The notes under the pieces are model-generated. The model saw nothing but the letters and a program-made list of their open reading frames with translations. It had not been told where the DNA came from and made no database searches. This document shows, piece after piece, positions 36,956-45,581 of a stretch of 62,367 nucleotides of DNA. The position numbers were made by a program, and so were the translations under genes. How positions within the stretch are numbered: position 1 is the stretch's first letter; each line of letters opens with the position of its first letter. Source of the stretch: Bacillota bacterium (GTDB taxonomy: Bacteria > Bacillota > Clostridia > Oscillospirales > Oscillospiraceae); assembly GCA_023406225.1 (NCBI GenBank), contig JAEXWS010000033.1:1-62367 (forward strand), read 5' to 3'.

Positions 36956-38413
36956 TTGGGAAACAGCACCGAGTTACGCAAGATCGTCCACGATGTTTTA
37001 CTGACTCAGATACAGTTTGGCGCTTACCGCTGCGGTGAGAAGCTCCCCACCATCGAGGAGACCGGCGCGCGGCTCCACGTGTCGGCCGACACGGTCCGCA
37101 CCGCGTATCGGAAGCTCAAGGAGGAGGGATACATCTCCCTGTCCAAAAATGTGGGAGCCGCGGTGAGGGCGGACTATGACGGCCGGGAGGCGGAGGCGTT
37201 TATCCAGACCTTCTTTGCGCGGCGGAAGGACGCCATGCTCGACCTTTCAAACTCCCTGCTCCCGCTGTTTGGAAACGCGCAGTGGATCGGGCTGAAAAAC
37301 GCCTCGGAGGAGACGATGGGGGCGATGGCGTCGCTTTTGGTGGGGGAGCCTGCGTCGGCTCCTTACGCCATGCTGGACTACCTCAATCATAAGTACAGCG
37401 CCCTTGGAAACGACATCTTCATGCGTCTTGTCTGGCAGATCTTCATGTTTCTGCAGGCCCCCTTTTTCAGCGTGAAGGAAAATCTCCAGTATTTTGACCG
37501 GTCCGCGGAACATCTGCCGGAGGTCCTGGCCCTCTGCCAGAAGGAGGACTGGCCTGGGCTGCGCGCCGAAATGGATGGTTCCATGGAGCGGCTGTCCGCG
37601 GCGCTGGACCAGTTTTACCGGTGCAGGATCGTCCCGTCTCCCCCGGGCGGGCAGACGGCCTTTGTCTGGAGCTCCTATAAAAAAAGCCGGCAGCTCTGTT
37701 ATTCCCTGGCCATGGAGCTTCTCGTCTCGATCAGCCGGGGGGTCTATCCGCCCGGAAGCCTGCTCCCCTCCCAGACGGAGCTTGCCAGGCAGAAAAACGT
37801 TTCGCTCAGCACCGTCCGAAGGGCCCTTGAGCTTCTGGGCGGCGTCGGCGCGATCAAATCCGCGAAATACGCGGGCACGCGGGTCCTGCCGCTTGACCGG
37901 GCCACGGAGAACAGCGATTTTACCAAGCCCGCCCTCCAGCGGCGGCTTTTGGACATGGCGGAAAGCACGCAGGTCTTCGCCCTTTCCTGCCGGGAGGTGT
38001 CGCTGCTGACGCTCTCCTCCCTTGACGCCGTTTCGGCCGGAGAGCTGTGCGGGGCGCTGAAAGGACATAAACGGTGGCGGCGCGGAGAGACGCTGCCCTA
38101 TTTCATATTGGACCTGCTCGCACGGCACGCCCCCTATCAGGCCATCCGGACCGTTTATTCCGAGCTGCTGCGTCAGCACTTCTGGGGCTACGCGCTCCGG
38201 GGCATGAAGGGGAGCCAGGAGGCCATCAACGCCAGGTACGATCCCTTTTTCGACAAGCTCATCGGCGCGTTGGAAAAGGTGGATCACGCCCGGTTCGCCG
38301 TCCATCTGGAGGAACTGATGCTCCATGAACTCCGGGAGGCCGTGGACCTCTTATCCCGGCTTGGGATCGCGGGAGTGGACAGGATATTTGTCCCGAAAGA
38401 AAACGGGATCTGA
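36956..38413 (+). CDS. Regulator with two GntR-type wHTH domains
   Basis: TTG start after GGAGG. HTH1 GEKLPTIEE...VS.DTVRTAY..L.EEG; HTH2 YPPGSLLPSQTELA....VS.STVRRAL..L. Confidence 0.82.
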   Translation: MGNSTELRKIVHDVLLTQIQFGAYRCGEKLPTIEETGARLHVSADTVRTAYRKLKEEGYISLSKNVGAAVRADYDGREAEAFIQTFFARRKDAMLDLSNSLLPLFGNAQWIGLKNASEETMGAMASLLVGEPASAPYAMLDYLNHKYSALGNDIFMRLVWQIFMFLQAPFFSVKENLQYFDRSAEHLPEVLALCQKEDWPGLRAEMDGSMERLSAALDQFYRCRIVPSPPGGQTAFVWSSYKKSRQLCYSLAMELLVSISRGVYPPGSLLPSQTELARQKNVSLSTVRRALELLGGVGAIKSAKYAGTRVLPLDRATENSDFTKPALQRRLLDMAESTQVFALSCREVSLLTLSSLDAVSAGELCGALKGHKRWRRGETLPYFILDLLARHAPYQAIRTVYSELLRQHFWGYALRGMKGSQEAINARYDPFFDKLIGALEKVDHARFAVHLEELMLHELREAVDLLSRLGIAGVDRIFVPKENGI

Positions 38414-38414
38414 A

Positions 38415-38444
38415 AAAAGCCCTGTGGATATTCCACAGGGCTTT
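38415..38444. terminator. Bidirectional terminator
   Basis: AAAAGCCCTGTGGA-TAT-TCCACAGGGCTTTT. Confidence 0.7.
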
Positions 38445-38601
38445 TGCTTTTTGCGGCGGCAGCGGTAAAAGGAGGCGGCCCCCTTCGGGTCCGCCTCTTT
38501 GTTTGTATGAACGGTCCGGCTGAAAAACCACGGGCAGGGAAGAAAACGGTTTTCCGCCGGGGCGAAAGGGCCGGCCTGGGACCGCCTGGCGTCCCCGGCG
38601 C

Positions 38602-38727
38602 TTATTTTCCGCAGCCCCTGCAGCGGGCGCAGTTTCCGCCGCAGGTTTTGCCCCGGCGGCGGACGCAGGTTCGCAGGGCGAGGAACAGCCACGCGCCCAG
38701 GGCCGATACGATCAAAAGCTCCAGCAT
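38602..38727 (-). CDS. FeoB-associated Cys-rich small membrane protein (41 aa, absent from the ORF track)
   Basis: Hand translation MLELLIVSALGAWLFLALRTCVRRRGKTCGGNCARCRGCGK. AAGGAGG RBS overlapping the feoB stop. Confidence 0.85.
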   Translation of the reverse strand: MLELLIVSALGAWLFLALRTCVRRRGKTCGGNCARCRGCGK

Positions 38728-38740
38728 GGTTCAAACCTCC

Positions 38741-40743
38741 TTATACAAGCGCCAGCGCCGCATGGTACACCAGGAACGACGCGGCCCAGGCCACCGCGCA
38801 CTGGCTCAGCGCCACGCCCGCCGCCTTCCAGCCGGAGCCCAGCTCCCGCTTCACCGCCGAGATGGCGGCCACGCAGGGGGTGTACAGCAGGGTGAAGATC
38901 AGAAAGCTCAGGGCGGTGACGGGGGTGAACAGCCCGCCCAGGGCCGCGCCCACGTCGGCGGCGGCTCCGGTGAGGATGCCCAGGGTGGAGATGACGGATT
39001 CCTTGGCGATGAAGCCGGTGATGAGGGCGGTGGATACCCGCCAGTCCCCGAAGCCCAGGGGGGCGAACAGCGGCGCCACCCAGGCGCCCATGGTGGCCAG
39101 CAGGCTCTCCGCGCTGTCGCTCACCAGGTTCAGCCGGGTGTCGAAGGTCTGGAGGAACCAGACGATGATGGTGGCGACGAAGATGATGGTGAAGGCCCGG
39201 GTCAAAAAGTCCTTGGCCTTGTCCCAGCAGAGCTGCCACACGCTCTTGGCGGAGGGGAAGCGGTAATTGGGCAGCTCCATGACGAAGGGGACGGGATTGC
39301 CCCGGAAGGCGGTGGCCCCCAGGACCTTGGCGGCGATCACGCCCACCAGGATGCCCGTGACGTACAGCCCGATCATCACCAGCGCGCCGCGGCCGGGGAA
39401 GAAGGCGGCGGTGAACACCGCGTAAATGGGGATCTTGGCGGAGCAGCTCATAAAGGGCGTCAGCAGGATGGTCATCCGCCGGTCCCGCTCCGAGGCGAGG
39501 GTCCGGGTGGCCATGATGGCGGGCACGGAGCAGCCGAAGCCCACCAGCATGGGCACGATGCTCCGGCCGGAGAGGCCGATCTTCCGCAGGAGCTGGTCCA
39601 TGACGAAGGCCACCCGGGCCATATAGCCGGTGTCCTCCAGGATGGAGAGGAAGAAAAACAGAACCACGATGATGGGCAGGAAGCTCAACACGCTGCCCAC
39701 TCCCGCGAACACCCCGTCGATGACCAGGCTGTGGACCACCGGGTTCAGCCCGTAGGCGGTCAGCCCCGCGTCCACCGCGGCGGTGAGGAGGCCGATGCCC
39801 TCCGCCAGCAGATGGGAGAGGAACGCGCCGAACACGTTGAACGTCAGGAAGAAAATGGCCAGCATCACGCCGAAAAACAGCGGCAGGGCCAGATATTTCT
39901 GGGTCACCACCCGGTCGATGGCCTCGCTCCTGGCCCGCTCCCGGGACTGGCGGCACCGCACCACCGTATTCCGGCAGACGTTCTCGATGAAATTGTACCG
40001 CATGTCCGCCAGGCGGCGTTGCGGTCCATGCCCTGCTCGGCCTCCATCTCCTGGATGCTGTGCTCCATCAGCTCCAGCTCGTTCTGGTCCAGCTCCAGCC
40101 GGGTCAGGATGTCCGGGTCGTCCTCGATGAGCTTGGTGGCGGCGAAGCGGACGGGCAGGCGGGCGGCCTCGGCGTGGTCCTCGATCTGGTGGACCACCGC
40201 GTGGATGCAGCGGTGGACCGGGCCGGGGGAGCAGAAATCGTATACCGCGGGATAGACGCGGTTTTTCGCCGTGTGGACCGCCGCCTTCACCAGCTCGTCC
40301 ACGCCCTGGTTTTTCACGGCGGCGATGGGGACCACCGGAATGCCCAGGGCCCGGGACAGGCCCTTTACGTCGATGGTGCCGCCGCTGCCGGACACCTCGT
40401 CCATCATGTTCAGGGCCAGCACCATGGGGATGTGCAGCTCCATGAGCTGGAGGGTGAGGTACAGGTTCCGCTCGATGTTGGTGGCGTCCACGATGTTAAT
40501 GATGCCGTCGGGCCGCTGGTTCAGGATGAAATCCCGGGTGACGATCTCCTCCGGCGTATAGGGGCGGATGGAGTAGATGCCGGGCAGGTCTACCACCGTG
40601 CAGTCCTTCTGTCCCCGGATGACGCCGGACTTCTGATCCACCGTCACGCCGGGAAAGTTGCCCACATGCTGGTTGGCCCCGGTGAGCTGGTTGAACAGCG
40701 TGGTCTTTCCGCAGTTTTGGTTGCCGGCCAATGCAAAGATCAT
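38741..40743 (-). pseudogene. feoB: Ferrous iron transporter FeoB split by a 1-nt deletion at about 40012 (real or assembly error)
   Basis: N-part has GNQNCGKT, DLPG and NMMD; C-part has GYMARVAF, GFGCSVP and LYTPCVA. One extra C restores ...DRNAALADMRY. Confidence 0.85.
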
Positions 40744-40970
40744 GCCTGCCGCACCTCCACCTCGATGTTGCGGGCGTCCTCTTTCCGCAGGGACAGGGCG
40801 TAGCCCCGGACCCGCAGCTCGATGGGGTCCCCCAGGGGCGCGATCTTCTCCACCCGCACCGTCGTCTTGGGGATCAGCCCCATATCCAGCAGCCGGCAGC
40901 GCAGAGGGCCCGCGCCGCCGACCTTGGTGATGGTGGCTTCCCGGCCCAGCGGCAGCGTATCCAACGTCAT
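40740..40970 (-). CDS. feoA: Ferrous iron transport protein FeoA
   Basis: Motifs RLLDMGL, APLGDPIE and LSLRKEDA. Confidence 0.93.
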   Translation of the reverse strand: MTLDTLPLGREATITKVGGAGPLRCRLLDMGLIPKTTVRVEKIAPLGDPIELRVRGYALSLRKEDARNIEVEVRQA

Positions 40971-40988
40971 ATCTGGTCTCCTCCTAAA

Positions 40989-41042
40989 AGTTAGCTCTTT
41001 CTAACTACTTAAGAGTTTACCATGGCTAACTGCCGCCGTCAA
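40989..41042 (-). promoter_or_regulatory. feo promoter with two AGTTAG-N6-CTAACT boxes (candidate metal-repressor operators)
   Basis: Minus-strand TTGACG-17 bp-TAAACT. Palindromes at 40989-41006 (perfect arms) and 41014-41031 (imperfect). Confidence 0.65.
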
Positions 41043-41187
41043 ATAAAAAGCGGCCCAAAAACGCACAAATTTTGGAGAAAGTTTTGCGCAACATGACGAG
41101 AGGACGCCCCATTCCGCCGGAGGGGAAAAACAGCGTTCTTGCAGGGCCGCCGGGAACATGCTATACTGAAAAACCGTGGTGATGATC

Positions 41188-41553
41188 ATGCTGACATTCA
41201 ATCATTTTAATTTCAATGTGACCGATCTGGAACGATCCCTGCAATTTTACAAGGAGGCGCTGGGGCTGGAGCCGGTGCGCCGGAAAGAGGCGGAGGACGG
41301 CAGCTTCGTGATCGTGTTTCTGGGCGACGGCGCCACGGATTTCCGCCTGGAGCTGACGTGGCTGCGGGACCACCCGCAGGCGTACGATCTGGGAGAGTGT
41401 GAGTTCCATCTGGCGCTCCGGGCGGACGATTTCGCCGCCGCCCGTCAAAAGCACGCCGATATGGGCTGCATCTGCTTTGAAAATCCGTCCATGGGCATTT
41501 ATTTCATCGCGGACCCGGACGGCTACTGGATCGAGATCATTCCCACGCGGTGA
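41188..41553 (+). CDS. VOC/glyoxalase (lactoylglutathione lyase-like) protein
   Basis: Motifs HFNFNVTDLERSLQFY, LELT, HLA and DPDGYWIEI. Confidence 0.85.
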   Translation: MLTFNHFNFNVTDLERSLQFYKEALGLEPVRRKEAEDGSFVIVFLGDGATDFRLELTWLRDHPQAYDLGECEFHLALRADDFAAARQKHADMGCICFENPSMGIYFIADPDGYWIEIIPTR

Positions 41554-41621
41554 CGAAGAAGGGGCCGTGTGACGGGGTGATCGGGCCGCACGGAGGGGCG
41601 TGCGGCGGAAAGAGGTGTGGG

Positions 41622-42929
41622 ATGGGCGGATGGAAGCGGGCCTTGGCGGCCGCCGGCGCGGCGGTTTTAACGGCGTCCCTGCTGTCCGGCTGCGCCGCCG
41701 GGGGGCGGAACACCGTGTGGGACGACGGCGAAAACGCGGCTGAGCCGGAGACGTATCTGACGTTTTTCGGCTTCAAGTACGAGGCGCTCAACGTGGCGGC
41801 CATCGAAAACGCGCTCCACGGCTACATGGAGGCGTATCCCGGCGTTTCGATCTCCTATGACGGGATCAAGGGCCTGGACTATTACGACGTGCTGGAAAAG
41901 CGGCTTTCCACCGGCAACGGGGATGATATTTTCATGGTGGACCACGAACGGGTGCTGGAGCTGGGGGCCCGGGGGCTTCTGGCGGACCTCTCCGGCCTGT
42001 CCACGCTGGAGAGCTTCAGCGACCTGGCGAAGAGCCAGATGGCGGCGGGCGGGGCGGTCTATTACGTCCCCACCTCCATCTCCGCCTTCGGTCTGTACTG
42101 CAACCTGGACCTTTTGGCGGAGCACGGGCAGAAGGTCCCGGAGGATCTGGAGGAGTTCCGGGAGGTCTGCGACGCCTTCGTGGCCGAGGGGATCGTCCCC
42201 ATCGTGGCCAACAACGACATCTCCCTTAAGACCGTGGCCATCGCAAAAGCGATGCTGCCCACCTATCAAAGCGCGGACCCGGCCGCGGCCATCGCCCGCT
42301 TCAACAGCGGCGAAACGGACCTGGCGGAGACGCTGCACCCCGGCTTCGCGCTGGTGGAGGAGATGCTGCAAAAGGGCTGGGTGGACGCGGGCGAGGCGCT
42401 GGAGACGGAAAAGACCCGGGACGACCTGACGCTCTTCGCGGCGGGGGCGCGTCCGTTCATGCTGACGGGGGCCTGGGCCGCGCCGCGCCTGCGGGAGCTG
42501 GAGCCGGACTTCCGCTTCGAGGTGCGCCCCTACCCCATCCTGGAGGACGGGAGCGTTCTGGTCATCAACGTGGATACCCGCATCAGCGTCAACGCCGGGA
42601 GCCCCCATGTGGAGCAGGCGAAGGACTTTGTGGAATACATGACGCAAAAAGACGTGGTGCGGGAATTTGTGGAGAGCCAGGCCTCCTTCAGCCCCCTTGC
42701 GGACAGCGGCCTGGCGGGGGACGCGGCGGTCCAGCCCATCGGCCCGTACCTGAACAATGGGCGCAGCGTGCTGGGGGCGGACGATAACCTGCGCCTTCCC
42801 ATCTGGGACCTGACGCGCCAATGCGTGGTCGGGATGCTGGAGGGGGGCGGCGCGGCGGACGCGGCCGCCCAGATGCGGGCGGAGATCCTGGCCTGGGAAG
42901 AGGCGGAGAAGGAGGACAGCGCGCAATGA
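41622..42929 (+). CDS. Carbohydrate-type ABC solute-binding lipoprotein with no transporter in view
   Basis: Lipobox LSGC; motifs DDIFMV, LADLS and GLYCNLDLL.EHG. ATGA overlap with the downstream kinase. Confidence 0.8.
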   Translation: MGGWKRALAAAGAAVLTASLLSGCAAGGRNTVWDDGENAAEPETYLTFFGFKYEALNVAAIENALHGYMEAYPGVSISYDGIKGLDYYDVLEKRLSTGNGDDIFMVDHERVLELGARGLLADLSGLSTLESFSDLAKSQMAAGGAVYYVPTSISAFGLYCNLDLLAEHGQKVPEDLEEFREVCDAFVAEGIVPIVANNDISLKTVAIAKAMLPTYQSADPAAAIARFNSGETDLAETLHPGFALVEEMLQKGWVDAGEALETEKTRDDLTLFAAGARPFMLTGAWAAPRLRELEPDFRFEVRPYPILEDGSVLVINVDTRISVNAGSPHVEQAKDFVEYMTQKDVVREFVESQASFSPLADSGLAGDAAVQPIGPYLNNGRSVLGADDNLRLPIWDLTRQCVVGMLEGGGAADAAAQMRAEILAWEEAEKEDSAQ

Positions 42930-45436
42930 GGGAAAAGCGCATGTGGCGCGTGATCCTGCTGGGCGTGATGCTGGCGGGCCTTTTCGCCGGCGGCGCCGCG
43001 TATTTGAACAGCGTGCACGACGCCTTGTGGACGAAGGCGGTGGCGGACATCCTGGAGGTCACCGACCAGGGGCGGCACGCGCTGGACACCTACATCGAAA
43101 AGGACCGGGAGACGCTGCGATTGCTGGCCGCCTCCATGGAGAGCATGGACCCGGGCGACACGGAAGAGATCCTGGAGACGATGCAGCGGTACGGTGCGGC
43201 GGAGGGGAATTACCTCTGCGTGGATCTGGAGCGCGGCACGGCCTATACCGATCAGCTGAATGAGGAGTACGCCCTGGACGCGGAGCAGCTTGCGCGGCTC
43301 CGGGCGCTGGAGGGGGCGGGGCTTCGCGCGCCGTTTCTGGACGGGTATACCGGCGTGTGGATGATCGGCATGTATGAACGCTTTCTGTTCGCGGACGGAA
43401 CGGAGGGCTGCGTGCAGCGGTCCCAGCCGGTCTCGGCCATTTCGGACCGGTTTTCCATCTCCTTCTACAATGACCGGGGCTTTTCCTATGTGGTCGACCG
43501 GAACGGGGATATTTTGATCCGCTCCCTGCACCGCAACAGCAACCGCACCTTCCAAAACCTGTTCGACATCATCGACCTGCAAAACAACGCCCCCCAGGAG
43601 CTGGATTCCTTCCGCCGCGCGCTGGAGGAAGGGAAGCGGGGCGTGGCCCGCTTCCGGTACCGGACGGAGGACTACGTGTTCTGTTATGTGCCGCTGGAGA
43701 GCGCGGCGGATTGGGATGTGGTCTCCATCATCCCCAACCAGGTCATCATGGAGCAGGCCGACGGCATCGTCCGCCACTCGCAGCTTTTGATCGTCCTCAT
43801 CCTGGCCGGGGCTTTGGCTTCGGCGGCCGTTTTCCTGACCTACCGGGATTCCACCCGGCGGGTGCTCCGGGCCGAGGAGGAGGCCCGCCGGGCGGCGGAG
43901 AGCGCCAGCCTTGCCAAAAGCCGGTTCCTCTCCAACATGTCCCATGATATCCGCACGCCCATGAACGCCGTCATCGGGATGACGGAGCTGGCGGCGGAGC
44001 ATGCCGACGAGCCGGAAAAGGTCCGGGAGTATCTGAAGAACATCAAGGCCTCCGGCCGGCTTCTGGTGGGGCTCATCAACGACATTCTGGACCTTTCCCG
44101 GATCGAGAGCGGGAAAATGACGCTGGATTGCACCGCCGTCTCCCTGGCGGAATTGATGGAGGACCTGGTGAACGTCGTCCAGCCCGCCATGGAGCAAAAG
44201 GGGCAGGCGTTTCGTGTCCGTTTGCACCAGGTGAAGCATGAGACGCTCTGCACCGACGCGCTGCGGCTCAACCAGGTTTTGATGAATCTCCTCTCCAACG
44301 CAGTGAAATTCACGCCCGAGGGCGGGAGCATCCGCGTGGATGTGACGGAGAGCGGCTCTCCCCGCCCCGGCTGCGCGCGCTTCACCTTCCGTGTGGCGGA
44401 CACGGGCATCGGCATGAAGCCGGAATTCCTGCGGGATATCTTCGACTCCTTCACCCGGGAGCAGGATAGCCGGGTCAGCCGGACCGAGGGAAGCGGCCTG
44501 GGAATGGCCATCACGAAGATGATCGTGGACCTGATGGAGGGATCCATCCAGGTGGAGAGCGCCCCCGGCGAGGGGAGCGTGTTCACCGTTACCCTGGACC
44601 TTCCCCCGGCGGAGGAGCCGCGGGAGGAGCCTCTGCCGCCCATGCGGGTCCTGGTGGCGGACGGCGATTCGGAGGACCTGCGGTCCGCGGAGGAGAGCCT
44701 GCGGGCGCTGGGCGTTCAGGCGGACGGCGCGGCCGACGGGCGGAGCGCCGCGGCCATGGCCGCGGCGGGGGGCTATGCGCTGGCGTTTTTGGGCTGGGAG
44801 CTGCCGGATATGGACGGCGGGCAGGCGGTCCGCGCCGTCCGGGAGGCCCTTGGGGAAACGGTCCCGGTGGTGGTCTGTCCGGCCTGCGGCTGGGAGCAGG
44901 TCCGGGAGGAGGCCCTGCAATGCGGCGCGGCGGGTGTGGTGCAAAAGCCCCTGTTCCGGTCCACGCTCCGCCGGAGCCTCCGGCGGTACGCGCTGCACAA
45001 AGAACCCCAGGCGGCCCGGAGCGACTCCGAAACGCTGTCCGGCCTGCAGATCCTGCTGGCGGAGGACAACCGGATGAACCAGGAGATTGCAAGAGAGCTG
45101 CTGGAGAGCTTCGGCGCCCGGGTGGAGGTGGCGGACAACGGCCTGGACTGCGTGGAGCGATTTTCCGGCGCGGCGCCGGGCTGGTTCGATCTGATCTTGA
45201 TGGACGTTCACATGCCGCTCATGGACGGCTACGAGGCCACCCGCCAGATCCGGGAGCTGGAGCGACCCGACGCGGGCACGGTCCCCATCCTCGCCCTGAC
45301 GGCGGACGCCTTTGCCGAGGACGTGGCGGCGGCGAAGGAGGCGGGAATGAACGGCCACCTGGCAAAGCCCCTGGACATTTCGGTGATGCTGAAAGAGATC
45401 CAGGCGTGTATCGGCCGCACCGGATGGCGCGGATAA
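42926..45436 (+). CDS. Hybrid histidine kinase (Cache-like sensor, HisKA, HATPase, degenerate REC, REC)
   Basis: Motifs FLSNMSHDIRTPMN, GSGLGM and ILMDVHMP. The first REC reads FLGWELPDMDG. Confidence 0.9.
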   Translation: MREKRMWRVILLGVMLAGLFAGGAAYLNSVHDALWTKAVADILEVTDQGRHALDTYIEKDRETLRLLAASMESMDPGDTEEILETMQRYGAAEGNYLCVDLERGTAYTDQLNEEYALDAEQLARLRALEGAGLRAPFLDGYTGVWMIGMYERFLFADGTEGCVQRSQPVSAISDRFSISFYNDRGFSYVVDRNGDILIRSLHRNSNRTFQNLFDIIDLQNNAPQELDSFRRALEEGKRGVARFRYRTEDYVFCYVPLESAADWDVVSIIPNQVIMEQADGIVRHSQLLIVLILAGALASAAVFLTYRDSTRRVLRAEEEARRAAESASLAKSRFLSNMSHDIRTPMNAVIGMTELAAEHADEPEKVREYLKNIKASGRLLVGLINDILDLSRIESGKMTLDCTAVSLAELMEDLVNVVQPAMEQKGQAFRVRLHQVKHETLCTDALRLNQVLMNLLSNAVKFTPEGGSIRVDVTESGSPRPGCARFTFRVADTGIGMKPEFLRDIFDSFTREQDSRVSRTEGSGLGMAITKMIVDLMEGSIQVESAPGEGSVFTVTLDLPPAEEPREEPLPPMRVLVADGDSEDLRSAEESLRALGVQADGAADGRSAAAMAAAGGYALAFLGWELPDMDGGQAVRAVREALGETVPVVVCPACGWEQVREEALQCGAAGVVQKPLFRSTLRRSLRRYALHKEPQAARSDSETLSGLQILLAEDNRMNQEIARELLESFGARVEVADNGLDCVERFSGAAPGWFDLILMDVHMPLMDGYEATRQIRELERPDAGTVPILALTADAFAEDVAAAKEAGMNGHLAKPLDISVMLKEIQACIGRTGWRG

Positions 45437-45441
45437 AGGCG

Positions 45442-45478
45442 GCCCCGCGCGGAATATCCCGCGCGGGGCCGTTTTTTT
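45442..45478 (+). terminator. Rho-independent terminator
   Basis: GGCCCCGCGCGG...CCGCGCGGGGCC followed by a T7 run. Confidence 0.75.
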
Positions 45479-45504
45479 ATATCCGCGCCATGGATAAAAG
45501 ATCC

Positions 45505-45569
45505 TTGACAAGCAGAACTGTAACTGATATAGTTACAGCATCAAAACTGAAACTTTTGAAATTACAGTT
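45505..45569 (+). promoter_or_regulatory. Sigma-A promoter with two CTGTAACT-N5-AGTTACAG operators (Rrf2/HypR-like)
   Basis: TTGACA-17 bp-TATAGT with extended TG. Perfect-arm palindrome at 45518-45538 over the -10, and a degenerate copy at 45547-45567. Confidence 0.8.
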
Positions 45570-45581
45570 CTGGAGGTTCCC

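Noticed and set aside
30506..38600. Genomic island integrated at tRNA-Arg
   Set aside because: No integrase and no convincing copy of the tRNA 3' end; only a short CTGGCGT match near 38587.
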